Assembly (NCBI GenBank): GCA_023412195.1
Contig: JAEYNZ010000029.1
Coordinates: 74,228-138,227 of the forward strand
Origin: Bacteroidota bacterium
GTDB taxonomy: Bacteria > Bacteroidota > Bacteroidia > Bacteroidales > Prolixibacteraceae
Direction: 5' to 3'
Length of the DNA: 64,000 bases
Position 1 is the stretch's first letter; every line of letters begins with the position of its first letter. The position numbers and the translations under genes were made by a program. Shown in pieces: positions 47,489 through 57,543 of the stretch. The notes below the pieces were generated by a model, which was not told the origin of the DNA, did not search any database, and worked only from the letters and a program-made list of their open reading frames with translations.

Positions 47489-48055
47489 ATGGACCGTAAG
47501 AAAATAAATTCAAGGTATGGAATTACGCTCGACCTGCTTAACGAGGTTGAGCTTAAGAACAAACCTGTTATCCTGAAAAAGGGGGAGTCGTTTATAGGGT
47601 ACAATGAAAAAATGCAGAAAATAGGAATACTGATAAACGGTCTTCTTTATGCAACCTATATATCTGACAGCGGTACCGAATGGATCTCCCGGTTTTTTTT
47701 TCCTCCAAATAATTTCATAGTCAGTAATCACCGCAGTTTTTATCTCGGTAAAAATTCCAGTGAATCCATAAAGGCATATGAAGATTCCCAACTGATTTAT
47801 ATTGAGAAGGAGGAGTTTAAATATCTGCTTGACCATCATCCCAAATTTGAACGCACCGTAAGAATTCTTGCTGAAGAAAGTTATATTCAGGCCATGGAGA
47901 GGATTCACTCCTTTCAGTCGCTTCATGCCGAACAGCGTATCAGGAAGTTCTTTGAAGAATATCCTGAACTTGGTAAAAAGCTTCAGCGCCAACATATTGC
48001 CTCATATCTTGGAATCCACAGAAATATCCTTACCCGCTTCCTTTATAAAATTTAA
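47489..48055 (+). CDS. Crp/Fnr family transcriptional regulator
   Basis: cNMP-binding-like beta-roll followed by a C-terminal HTH (RQHIASYLGIHRNILTRFL). No N-terminal Fnr-type Cys cluster. Confidence 0.8.
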   Translation: MDRKKINSRYGITLDLLNEVELKNKPVILKKGESFIGYNEKMQKIGILINGLLYATYISDSGTEWISRFFFPPNNFIVSNHRSFYLGKNSSESIKAYEDSQLIYIEKEEFKYLLDHHPKFERTVRILAEESYIQAMERIHSFQSLHAEQRIRKFFEEYPELGKKLQRQHIASYLGIHRNILTRFLYKI

Positions 48056-48273
48056 GAAAGCAACATTTGTTGCGTATTTTGAAGTTTGTAAAAAATAGTT
48101 TTACCTGACAGAATGAATTCTTAACCGGAAGCAGAAAAAAAATTACATTTTAACAGCAGGGAAAATTATTTCATTATAGATCCTAACCTTCATAAAAAAT
48201 GATGGAATAACCTGATTTTTATGGTGTTTTTGAGAGAAAAAGCATATTAATTTTAGCAGAAAATTAGGTAAAT

Positions 48274-48504
48274 ATGGCAAAAATTAAAGGAGCAGTTGTT
48301 GTTGATATGGAAGTTTGCAAAGGCTGTGAACTTTGTATTGAAGCATGCAAAGATGGTGTTCTTGCTTTACATGCGGAGGTAAACAGCCGCGGATACCATT
48401 ATTCCTATATGGAAAACCCTGAGGCTTGCCTCGGATGCGCCAACTGCGGAGTAGTATGTCCTGATACATGTATTACAGTTTACCGGGTAAAGGTTGAGGG
48501 ATAA
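48274..48504 (+). CDS. 4Fe-4S dicluster ferredoxin (delta subunit of 2-oxoacid:ferredoxin oxidoreductase)
   Basis: Two Cys clusters: CKGCELCIEAC and CLGCANCGVVCP. Confidence 0.88.
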   Translation: MAKIKGAVVVDMEVCKGCELCIEACKDGVLALHAEVNSRGYHYSYMENPEACLGCANCGVVCPDTCITVYRVKVEG

Positions 48505-48601
48505 TACAATTTCATTTACAGTCACAGGATTCGTTTATTTAAAATAAATATGTCTACCTGGTTTGTAACAGAAGAAAATCCACAATTCTAAACAATATAA
48601 A

Positions 48602-49720
48602 ATGTCTGAATTCAGGTTAATGAAGGGGAATGAAGTGCTGGCCGAGGCTGCGATCCGCTGCGGATGTGACGGTTATTTCGGTTATCCTATTACACCCCAG
48701 TCGGAAATAATGGAGACTTTAATGGAACGCCAGCCATGGGAAGAAACAGGGATGGTGGTTTTGCAGGCAGAAAGTGAGGTTGCTGCAATTAATATGGTTT
48801 ATGGGGCTGCAGGTTCCGGTAAAAAAGTAATGACATCTTCTTCAAGTCCGGGCATCAGTCTGATGTCGGAAGGAATTTCATACATTGCAGGTGCTGAATT
48901 GCCCTGCCTGGTTGTAAATGTTCAGCGCGGCGGCCCCGGACTGGGAACAATACAGCCATCACAGGCCGACTATTTTCAGGCTGTGAAGGGAGGCGGGCAT
49001 GGCGATTATAAAATGATCGTACTGGCACCTTCTTCCGTTCAGGAAATGAACGATTTTGTTGATCTGGCATTTGAGCTGGCATTCAAATACCGCAATCCTG
49101 CCATGATCCTTACTGACGGGGCACTCGGACAGATGATGGAAAAGGTGCAGTTGTCCGATTATAAGCCCCGGCTCACCGATCAGCAGGTAGTAGAAAAGTA
49201 TGGCAATTGGGCTACTACTGGAAAGATTTCAGGAAGAAAAAGAAATGTCATCACTTCCCTTGAAATGGATTCGCACAAAATGGAAGCCAATAACAGGCGT
49301 TTTCAGGAGAAATACAAAAAGATGGAAGCCGAAGAACAGCGTTATGAAGCCATTCTCTGTGAAGATGCAGAATATGTGCTAGTGGCTTTTGGCACGTCAG
49401 CACGAATTTGTGAAAAAGCTGTTGAACTGGCACGGCAGCAAGGAATCAAAGTTGGATTGCTCAGGCCAGTTACTTTATTCCCGTTTCCAAAAAACATCAT
49501 TGGCGAACTTGCCCATAAAACAAAAGGATTCTTATCGGTTGAAATGAATGCAGGCCAAATGGTGGAAGACATCAAACAGTCGGTTTATGAAGCCGGCGTA
49601 TACAAAAGGGTTGAATTTTTTGGCCGCATGGGAGGTATTTTACCCTCTCCGGGTGAAGTTGTTAAGGCTATTGAACAAAAATTCTTACAGGAGGAAAAAG
49701 AATGGATATCAAAGATATAA
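48602..49720 (+). CDS. 2-oxoacid:ferredoxin oxidoreductase alpha subunit (VorB/KorA-like)
   Basis: N-terminal MKGNEVLAEAAIRCGCDGYFGYPITPQSEI is typical of OFOR alpha subunits. 372 aa. Confidence 0.88.
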   Translation: MSEFRLMKGNEVLAEAAIRCGCDGYFGYPITPQSEIMETLMERQPWEETGMVVLQAESEVAAINMVYGAAGSGKKVMTSSSSPGISLMSEGISYIAGAELPCLVVNVQRGGPGLGTIQPSQADYFQAVKGGGHGDYKMIVLAPSSVQEMNDFVDLAFELAFKYRNPAMILTDGALGQMMEKVQLSDYKPRLTDQQVVEKYGNWATTGKISGRKRNVITSLEMDSHKMEANNRRFQEKYKKMEAEEQRYEAILCEDAEYVLVAFGTSARICEKAVELARQQGIKVGLLRPVTLFPFPKNIIGELAHKTKGFLSVEMNAGQMVEDIKQSVYEAGVYKRVEFFGRMGGILPSPGEVVKAIEQKFLQEEKEWISKI

Positions 49721-50490
49721 TAAAACCTGAAAACCTGGTTTACTGCAAGTCGGAACTTCTTGTAGATACCATTATGCATTATTGCCCGGGGTGCACACAT
49801 GGCGTTGTTCATAAACTGATGGCTGAACTGATCGATGAGATGGGACTTCAGGAAAAGACAGTAGGAGTAGCGCCCGTAGGTTGTGCTGTATTTGCGTATA
49901 ACTATATAGAAATCGACTGGCAGGAAGCAGCCCATGGAAGGGCCCCTGCTGTAGCCACAGGTGTTGTCCGCCTGAATCCTGACAAGTTTGTGTTTACCTA
50001 CCAGGGTGACGGAGATCTTGCCTCCATTGGTGCAGCTGAAATCCTGCATGCATGCAACCGGGGAGAAAATATTCTTGTGGTATTTATTAACAATGGTATC
50101 TATGGCATGACCGGTGGACAGATGGCACCTACATCACTCGAGAAAATGGTTACATCAACAACTCCTTTCGGCAGGGATATAGAAAGGAACGGGTACCCGA
50201 TGAAAATGACTGAACTGGTGGCACAACTGCCGGGAACTTCTTATGTTACCCGTCAGTCGGCTCAATCTGCTGGTGCTGTAAGAAAATGCAAGCGGGCACT
50301 TAAAAAAGGAATTCAAAATGTGCTTGACAAAAAGGGGACATCTTTTGTGGAGGTGGTTTCAACCTGTAGTTCGGGGTGGAAAATGACCCCCGTGCAGGCA
50401 AATAAATGGATGGAAGATAATATGTTTCCATTTTACCCCCTGGGTGATTTAAAAGACAGTGAAAAGAGACAATCCGTTTCTAAAAACTAA
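49702..50490 (+). CDS. 2-oxoacid:ferredoxin oxidoreductase beta subunit (TPP-binding)
   Basis: CPGCTHG cluster-ligand motif and the TPP motif GDGDLASIG...NNGIYGMTGGQ. It overlaps the alpha gene by 19 nt. Confidence 0.9.
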   Translation: MDIKDIIKPENLVYCKSELLVDTIMHYCPGCTHGVVHKLMAELIDEMGLQEKTVGVAPVGCAVFAYNYIEIDWQEAAHGRAPAVATGVVRLNPDKFVFTYQGDGDLASIGAAEILHACNRGENILVVFINNGIYGMTGGQMAPTSLEKMVTSTTPFGRDIERNGYPMKMTELVAQLPGTSYVTRQSAQSAGAVRKCKRALKKGIQNVLDKKGTSFVEVVSTCSSGWKMTPVQANKWMEDNMFPFYPLGDLKDSEKRQSVSKN

Positions 50491-50502
50491 AAATCAGAAG
50501 TC

Positions 50503-51054
50503 ATGACAGAAGAGATGATTATAGCCGGATTTGGAGGACAAGGTGTTCTTTCAATGGGTAAGATTCTTGCTTATTCCGGTATTATGGAAGACAAGGAAGT
50601 AACATGGTTCCCATCCTACGGGCCGGAAATGCGTGGTGGAACAGCCAATGTTACAGTAATTGTCAGTGATACACGTATCAGTTCTCCTGTATTGCATGAG
50701 TATGATACTGCGATCATCCTGAACCAGCAAAGCCTCGATAAGTTTGAAAAAGCTGTTAAAAGGGGAGGCACTCTTTTGTACGACCCCAACGGGATTACGA
50801 ATCCACCCAAAAGAAAAGACATTAATATATATAAAGTTGAAGGTACCCGGACTGCTGTTGAGATGGGAAATCCCAAAGTATTCAACATGATTGTATTTGG
50901 CAGCTATCTCAAAGTAAAACCAATCCTGAACCTCAATAACGTTGAACGTGGATTGGAGAAATCGCTGCCGGAGCGATACCATAAACTTATTCCATTAAAT
51001 CTTCAGGCCATTCAAAAAGGTCAGGAAATTGTGGAGACCGTGCAGGTAGTTTAA
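50503..51054 (+). CDS. 2-oxoacid:ferredoxin oxidoreductase gamma subunit
   Basis: IAGFGGQGVLSMGKIL...PSYGPEMRGGTANV signature. Confidence 0.9.
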   Translation: MTEEMIIAGFGGQGVLSMGKILAYSGIMEDKEVTWFPSYGPEMRGGTANVTVIVSDTRISSPVLHEYDTAIILNQQSLDKFEKAVKRGGTLLYDPNGITNPPKRKDINIYKVEGTRTAVEMGNPKVFNMIVFGSYLKVKPILNLNNVERGLEKSLPERYHKLIPLNLQAIQKGQEIVETVQVV

Positions 51055-51128
51055 CCTGCCCGAAAAAGTGTTTTATCTGCAAAAAGGCATTCAGGTTTTT
51101 CCTGTCTGCTTTTTTTTTGCCTGATATA

Positions 51129-53441
51129 TTAAAAGTTTAAATCGCCATCCATACTAATCACTTTTCCTGCTTCTGTTTTTATGTCAACAGATTTGCCGTC
51201 ATACATGATCCTTACCGGATTTCCCAATTGAGAGCGGATTGCAGCTGAAGTAAGCCTGTTGTTTTCCCAAATGATATCCACTTCAAAACCTCCTCTTGCA
51301 CGCAAGCCGGTAATGTGTCCGTTGGCCCATGAAGAGGGCAGGGCAGGTAAAAGCTGCAACACCCCGTTATGGCTTTGCAGCAGCATTTCTGCTATCCCGG
51401 CAGTTGCACCAAAGTTGCCGTCGATCTGAAAGGGAGGATGATTGTCAAAAAGATTGGGAAGCGTTGATTTAGAATACAGGGCCAGCAGGTTTTCATAAGC
51501 CTTGTCTCCATTTTTGAGGCGGGCAAAGAAGTTAATGATCCAGGCACGGCTCCAGCCAGTATGTCCGCCACCATGCCTGAGCCTTTCCTCAATTGACCTG
51601 CGTGAAGCTTCCAGCCACTTGGGATCATCAGGATTGGTAAATTCCTCACCGGGGTATAATGCATATAAATGCGACATATGCCGGTGGCCCGGTTCAGCTT
51701 CAGGAAGTTCTTCCGACCACTCCAGTATCCGTCCGTCAGAACCGATTTGTGATGGTGTAAGCCTTCCAAGCATGTTTTTTAACGTATCGGCGAAGAAATG
51801 ATCTGAATCAAGTATTTCTGATGTTTTGATGCAGTTGTTGAACAATTCCCTGATAATCTGGTGATCCATGGCTGGACCCATGCATACCGATGCCCGCTCT
51901 CCGTTTGGTGCAATGAAGGTATTTTCGGGAGACATGCTTGGCCCCGAGACGAGCAACCCTGTTTTGGGATCCTCTACAAGAAAGTCAACAAAAAACAGGG
52001 CAGCATCCTTCAGAACCGGATATGCTTTTTCCTGAAGGAATTTTTTGTCGCCGGTGTAGTCATAGTGTTCCCAGAAATGATCGGTGCACCATGCTGCACC
52101 TAATGGCCACATACCATAAACTGTTTTACCTATTGGATCGGTAAACTTCCAGGCATCTGTAGTATGATGTGCAACAAAACCGCGGCATCCATAAATATTT
52201 CTGGCAGTAACTGAACCTCTTTCCCGCAATCCGTCGATAAAACTAAAAAACGGTTCCTGAGTTTCTGCAAGGTTTGTAACCAGTGCTGGCCAGTAGTTCA
52301 TCTGGATGTTGATGTTGATGTGATAATCGGCACTCCATGGTGGATTCAGAGTGCCATCCCAGATTCCCTGCAGATTGGCAGGCATTCCTCCGGGACGTGA
52401 TGAACTGATGAGAAGATATCTCCCGAATTGGAAATAAAGTTCGGTCAGGTGGTGGTCTTCCAGCCCTTCCTTAATCCTTTCAAGCCTTTGATTGGTTGGA
52501 ATATTTAAAGTGTCAGCCTGGTTGATCGCAAAATCTACACGGCTGAACAACTTGTCGTAATGAGCAATGTGTTCATTTTTTAAATGTTCAAAAGACTGTG
52601 TTGAAGCCTTTTGAATGTCTTCCGACGAAAGCTTTACTTCATGATCTCCCCAATAGTTTGTTCTGCCAGATACAAGGATCACAACTTCATCGGCATTCCT
52701 TATAAATAGTCTGCCACTGGCAGTAATGACTTCGCCCCCGGTGTTGTTAACGGTGACAACAGATGCAAACCGCGTTCCAAGTCCTTCATGTTCAGCAAAT
52801 CCAGTCATCAGAAGCTGGTTGCCGCTGGCGGATACAATTTCAGCATCACCCGGCCGTTCCAGCCATGTGGTAAAGCTTAATTTTGCTTTTTCAGATGCAG
52901 AAAGTTTTATAGCGATTACTTCTCCGGGGGAAGAAGCAAATATTTCACGAGTGTACTTTACTCCGCCTGATTTAAATTCAGTTGTTGCCGTGGCATTTCT
53001 CAGGTCAAGTGTTCTTTTATAATCCTCGATCTTTCCAAGGTTTTCAAACTGGAGGTATAAATCACCCAGAGTCTGGTATGTATGGCGGATTCCATCTATA
53101 CCCATGATCTTATCCTGTGCCAGTTTGTCTCCTTCAGAATATTTACCATCGAACAACAGCTGGCGCACTTCAGAAAGATATTCGAGAGCTTCAGGATTAG
53201 ACCTGTCAACTGGCCCTCCTGTCCATACCGATTCCTCATTCAGCTGAATATATTCAGAATGTGTTCCTCCAAAAACCATCGCACCCAGACGGCCATTTCC
53301 AACGGGTATGGCTTCTACCCACTTTTCTGCCGGTTGGGAAAACCACATGGTGAGATCATTCCGCTCAATGTCATTTTTGCGGTTACAACCTTGAATTAAT
53401 ATTGAAATGAACAGGAATAGCAGGAACAAACTCCGGATCAT
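51129..53441 (-). CDS. glycoside hydrolase family 95 protein (alpha-L-fucosidase type)
   Basis: 770 aa with a signal peptide and an N-terminal [27 protein letters not shown] motif. It also has LQGIWDG and [10 protein letters not shown] motifs typical of GH95. Confidence 0.85.
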   Translation of the reverse strand: MIRSLFLLFLFISILIQGCNRKNDIERNDLTMWFSQPAEKWVEAIPVGNGRLGAMVFGGTHSEYIQLNEESVWTGGPVDRSNPEALEYLSEVRQLLFDGKYSEGDKLAQDKIMGIDGIRHTYQTLGDLYLQFENLGKIEDYKRTLDLRNATATTEFKSGGVKYTREIFASSPGEVIAIKLSASEKAKLSFTTWLERPGDAEIVSASGNQLLMTGFAEHEGLGTRFASVVTVNNTGGEVITASGRLFIRNADEVVILVSGRTNYWGDHEVKLSSEDIQKASTQSFEHLKNEHIAHYDKLFSRVDFAINQADTLNIPTNQRLERIKEGLEDHHLTELYFQFGRYLLISSSRPGGMPANLQGIWDGTLNPPWSADYHININIQMNYWPALVTNLAETQEPFFSFIDGLRERGSVTARNIYGCRGFVAHHTTDAWKFTDPIGKTVYGMWPLGAAWCTDHFWEHYDYTGDKKFLQEKAYPVLKDAALFFVDFLVEDPKTGLLVSGPSMSPENTFIAPNGERASVCMGPAMDHQIIRELFNNCIKTSEILDSDHFFADTLKNMLGRLTPSQIGSDGRILEWSEELPEAEPGHRHMSHLYALYPGEEFTNPDDPKWLEASRRSIEERLRHGGGHTGWSRAWIINFFARLKNGDKAYENLLALYSKSTLPNLFDNHPPFQIDGNFGATAGIAEMLLQSHNGVLQLLPALPSSWANGHITGLRARGGFEVDIIWENNRLTSAAIRSQLGNPVRIMYDGKSVDIKTEAGKVISMDGDLNF

Positions 53442-53469
53442 AGGCTTAGACTTGGTAAAGGTTTAAAGA

Positions 53470-54150
53470 TTAATCATTGCCACTCTTGGTCTCAATTACA
53501 ACCACTCCGTTTGCTCCCCGCGAGCCATAAATGGCTGCACTTCCATCCTTAATGACATTGATACTTTTGACCTGGACAGGTGGAATGGAGTTCAGGGCTG
53601 AACCGTCAACAGGAACACCATCTATAATAATCAGTGCTGCTGTACTGCTGTTAATTGAATTGACCCCCCTGATGATGATTTGTCCGTTTGCAACCTGTAC
53701 TCCGGCAAAACGTCCTTTGATCAGATCGTACATGTTGCTGTACTGGGAGAAATCAACTTCCCTGCTGTTAAGCGAGGCAAGTGCATTTAATTTGTCCCTG
53801 TCGGAAACATGACCATAACCAATGGCATATTCACGGTTTTTTTCTCCTGGCTTCAGTTTTAAATTTATAGCAGCAAACTTGGTTTTATCTTCAAGTTTAA
53901 CTTTCTGATTGTAAAATCCGCTTGCACTGACTTTCAGCTGGTCTTTCTGATTTACAACTGCTGAAAACTGACCGAGTGAATCAGTCTGCACAGTTTGTTT
54001 TGTGCTTTTGATCCTGACTTGAGCATTTGAGAGCGGTATACTATCAAATGTAGTTACAAGTCCGTGGATCACTTTCTCCTGTGCCCCTGCAAATATGGAA
54101 ATAAATAAAAGGGCAGTCAGGGCGATAAATGATATTGTTTTTGTATTCAT
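53470..54150 (-). CDS. carboxypeptidase-regulatory-like + TonB-receptor plug domain protein without a beta-barrel
   Basis: Signal peptide, a CarbopepD_reg-like segment (IHGLVTTFDSIPLSNAQVRIKSTKQTVQTDSLGQFS), and a plug-like segment (PLIIIDGVPVDG...IKSINVIKDGSAAIYGSRGANGVVVIETK). The ORF ends at 226 aa and the next gene starts 29 nt later. Confidence 0.7.
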   Translation of the reverse strand: MNTKTISFIALTALLFISIFAGAQEKVIHGLVTTFDSIPLSNAQVRIKSTKQTVQTDSLGQFSAVVNQKDQLKVSASGFYNQKVKLEDKTKFAAINLKLKPGEKNREYAIGYGHVSDRDKLNALASLNSREVDFSQYSNMYDLIKGRFAGVQVANGQIIIRGVNSINSSTAALIIIDGVPVDGSALNSIPPVQVKSINVIKDGSAAIYGSRGANGVVVIETKSGND

Positions 54151-54231
54151 GGTTTTTAATTATATATATGTACCAGACAAATTTAATTTAAAATTCTATT
54201 GATCAGAAACAGTTGCCTAAAAAAGAAAGGG

Positions 54232-55191
54232 TTAATAAATAGGTTGTTCAACAGATTTAGCTGTCACTACCCTTTTCACACGGTAAGGTTTTTTCTGTTG
54301 AGATTCAAAATACGTACGCATCTGCAGTTCAGCAATTATTCCTATTGTTACAAATTGGATGCCACCCATTACAAGTAATATTCCAAGCAGCAGTAAAGGC
54401 TTACCCCATATATCCTGGCCAAGGATTTTAAGGACCAGCATATAGAAGTTGATAATCACTCCTATACCAAGTGTAATGATACCCAGAGCCCCAAAAAAGT
54501 GCATAGGCCTTTGAAGATATTTTTTGAAAAACAGCATCAGAAATAAATCACTTACAACTTTTGTAGTGCGGCTCAGGCTGTATTTCGACACGCCAAATGT
54601 ACGCGGCCTGTGGTTGACATCAACCTGTGTGAAGCGTGTGGCCCCCTCCAGTGCAATAAGCACAGGAATAAACCGGTGGAGTTCACCATAAATGTGGATG
54701 CTTTTGATGGTTTCACTATTAAATATTTTTAGGGTGCACCCAAGATCTTTCATCTTTGTGCCGGTTGATTTTCTGATCATGTAATTTGCAAGCTTAGAAG
54801 GAATTTTCCTGAGGAACATACCATCTTTCCTGTTTGCCCTTACACCTGCCACCATATCCCATTCACCTTCTTCTATCATGTGAAGCATCATGGGAATATC
54901 TGCAGGGTCATTTTGCAGGTCACCGTCAATCAGTGCCACAAATTCACCTTCTGCCTGGTCGATCCCAGCCTGCAAAGCAGAACTTTGGCCATAATTCCGC
55001 TTTAGTTCCACAAGCAGGAACCTTTCGTCATTTATTTTTAAAATTTCAGAGCGTGTACCGTCAGTTGATCCGTCATCAACAAATACGGCCTCATAATCGA
55101 TTCCTGCCAGAGCCTTTTTAATTTGTTCTGAGAGTGGTTTTATATTAGGTTCTTCATTATAAACACAGATAACCAGTGAGAGCTTCTTCAT
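54232..55191 (-). CDS. family 2 glycosyltransferase (polyprenyl-phosphate sugar transferase, GtrB/ArnC/DPM1-like)
   Basis: LSLVICVYNEE...VFVDDGSTDGT...DGDLQNDP motifs and two C-terminal TM helices. Confidence 0.85.
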   Translation of the reverse strand: MKKLSLVICVYNEEPNIKPLSEQIKKALAGIDYEAVFVDDGSTDGTRSEILKINDERFLLVELKRNYGQSSALQAGIDQAEGEFVALIDGDLQNDPADIPMMLHMIEEGEWDMVAGVRANRKDGMFLRKIPSKLANYMIRKSTGTKMKDLGCTLKIFNSETIKSIHIYGELHRFIPVLIALEGATRFTQVDVNHRPRTFGVSKYSLSRTTKVVSDLFLMLFFKKYLQRPMHFFGALGIITLGIGVIINFYMLVLKILGQDIWGKPLLLLGILLVMGGIQFVTIGIIAELQMRTYFESQQKKPYRVKRVVTAKSVEQPIY

Positions 55192-55264
55192 TTTGGAATT
55201 GATTTTTGATCTTTACATACCATTAGCCGGCAAATTTAAACAATTCCGGTTCAAAAAAGGCACA

Positions 55265-56176
55265 TTATCCTGCGGGTTTAAGTTTCCATATATAAGAAAC
55301 CCTAACACTTCTGTATTCCCAATGGCGCAGGCCATAAAGGTACTGGATCCTGACTTCATTCTCAGAAAATCTTTTTTTTAGATCAAAATGAAGCTGGAGG
55401 GGTTTATCACGTTCATTTTTATACCCCGAATATCCCGATATGGAGGCAGACAACAACCAGCCTCCCCTGAAATAATCAGCCCCGACACCATATAATAGTG
55501 CATCGTTCTGAAGGTTCAGCTCATCATTTGTTTGCCAGGTGTAAAATCCTGCCATTGCATATGGCCTGAACGTTCCGGTTAAATCATTACCAAAGTTTTT
55601 TGAAAAGCTCAGGTCGAAGAAATAGGCAGGACTGTCGGTATAACGGGCAGCCTCCAGGTTGTTTCCCGAGGTGGTTTTTGTGGCCAGCCGCAAAACTGTA
55701 TTAGGAAATTGCCTGTTGCTGACAAGCTGAACGAGAGTGCTGAAATAAAAATCGCCCGCTGCAGTACCTTTTCCATCTTCATCCCTTGCCATCCTTTCGT
55801 TTCGGATCCTTTCTGAGAAGGCATATCTTTCAACAGCAACTCCATAGAATTCCATAGCGATTTTATGATCCGCAAATGGTACATATACATATCCTGACAG
55901 ATCCTGAGTCGGATCTTCTTTGTGAAAATGATTGGTGAAAGCTATTTCAACCTCTGTCATGTGGCGAAGGTATCCCTTTTGTATATGAGGTACAGGAAGG
56001 GCATTGGGACCCATGTACCCCGGTGTGATTTTCATCCAGTTCCGCCATCCGGGATCACCTTCTTCCCAGCCGTGCAGATTATTCCACCAGCCGTAATCCG
56101 TACTGCCATGCTGCGATAATCCCCTGTGACAGGCTAATAAAAGCAACAGAAGTAACAGGTGGTTTTTCATTTCCAA
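55265..56176 (-). CDS. hypothetical secreted / outer-membrane protein
   Basis: Signal peptide with a poly-Leu core, Trp/Tyr-rich beta-strand-like periodicity, and no recognisable catalytic motif. Confidence 0.5.
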   Translation of the reverse strand: MEMKNHLLLLLLLLACHRGLSQHGSTDYGWWNNLHGWEEGDPGWRNWMKITPGYMGPNALPVPHIQKGYLRHMTEVEIAFTNHFHKEDPTQDLSGYVYVPFADHKIAMEFYGVAVERYAFSERIRNERMARDEDGKGTAAGDFYFSTLVQLVSNRQFPNTVLRLATKTTSGNNLEAARYTDSPAYFFDLSFSKNFGNDLTGTFRPYAMAGFYTWQTNDELNLQNDALLYGVGADYFRGGWLLSASISGYSGYKNERDKPLQLHFDLKKRFSENEVRIQYLYGLRHWEYRSVRVSYIWKLKPAG

Positions 56177-56244
56177 TCGGATAACAGAAGCTTAAATTTT
56201 TAATAAAAAGGAGATTGACCCACATGGATGAAGCCCCTTCCTTG

Positions 56245-57456
56245 TCAGATGTCCAGTTTAATCCTGATGTCGGCAGGAATGGCATCTTTATGAACCATAA
56301 TGCACATGGTTTTATAGTTCACATATGGTTTTGATGCATAAAAGTATCCGTTGTAGCTGTTATAATTTCCCCACGAATTCTTGACCTTGTAGAATGTTTG
56401 TCCCCGCTGGTCCTGCGCAATGCCGATTATGTGCATGCCATGGTCGTCGGTTGTCTGGAAATTATCAAAAGCAGCCTGCCTCATTTCCTGGGTGACCTGT
56501 TTTTCAGGGACAGGTTTTTCAAGTTTATAAAGCTCATTTTCCCGTTCCCTGTCGGGCAGAGATTCCCAACGGCTGATTTCAGCATCCGTCATATTCATTA
56601 CCGGAGCTTCCGGTAACACTGCAATGCCTTGTTTGCCGGTTACGAAACCTTTTTCACTTACATCGGCAGCCCAGGCAATTGTAAAACCGTTGTTTAGCGA
56701 ATAATCCATAATTTCTTCCAGCTCATGCAGCGGAACATTATATACTTCATCCCACGACCAGTTGTCAGGCACTTCCAGAATAAATTTCGAGTAGAAGGGA
56801 TGATGGGTGAAGGAAGTTATTTCAACATAATCATTCATGTTGAGGCCTACATAATTGTCAGCAAAACTGAGCGGCGTGTATTCCTTTCCTTCAAACTCAA
56901 ATGTTTCCGGAATCTTGCCAAGGTAAGTATCCAAAATATGTAAAAAAGCATCATGCCACGATGTGCTGAGTTTTGTATTTTTATTTTCAACAATGGCATC
57001 CACATATTCGCGAAGCACACGGTCCAATTCTCCATGCACATGTTTTTCCTCCCCATAGTTTAGCCCCCTGTAAGCCCCTTCAGGTACAATTCCGTATCGT
57101 GATATCATATTTGTAACATCATGAAATGCCCCTCCGGCTGAAAAATTTAGGTTCCCGTGTACCCTGACATGCTTCCGTGCTTTTTCTGCATAGGTATGCC
57201 AAACAATGAACATTTCAGATAAATTCACCCCCGGCTTGCCTGTACGCATCATCTCTGATGCAAGAAATGAAAGTCCGGCAAACGACCAGCAGGTGCCGGT
57301 GCGATTCTGATCCTCTACAGGAATGGCCAGCAAGGTTTTAACATCTTCAAAAACCCATTCATCTTTTTTTTCTGTAGGATTGTCACCGGCAAAAGCAGGC
57401 TGGATAAAACCAACAACAAGAATTGCTGTCAGCAGGTGAATCATGCTGTACTTCAT
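56245..57456 (-). CDS. C1-family cysteine peptidase (aminopeptidase C / bleomycin hydrolase-like), secreted
   Basis: Catalytic Cys context QNRTGTCWSFAG, His context DDHGMHIIG, and KVKNSWG. Start moved to the ATG at 57456, which gives a signal peptide. Confidence 0.85.
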   Translation of the reverse strand: MKYSMIHLLTAILVVGFIQPAFAGDNPTEKKDEWVFEDVKTLLAIPVEDQNRTGTCWSFAGLSFLASEMMRTGKPGVNLSEMFIVWHTYAEKARKHVRVHGNLNFSAGGAFHDVTNMISRYGIVPEGAYRGLNYGEEKHVHGELDRVLREYVDAIVENKNTKLSTSWHDAFLHILDTYLGKIPETFEFEGKEYTPLSFADNYVGLNMNDYVEITSFTHHPFYSKFILEVPDNWSWDEVYNVPLHELEEIMDYSLNNGFTIAWAADVSEKGFVTGKQGIAVLPEAPVMNMTDAEISRWESLPDRERENELYKLEKPVPEKQVTQEMRQAAFDNFQTTDDHGMHIIGIAQDQRGQTFYKVKNSWGNYNSYNGYFYASKPYVNYKTMCIMVHKDAIPADIRIKLDI

Positions 57457-57543
57457 TTTAATAAAATTGTTATGATGTTTTTGGTCAAAAATAACAATAA
57501 AAACCAGTTGACAAAAATTTATTGGCAACTCAAAATGAAATTC

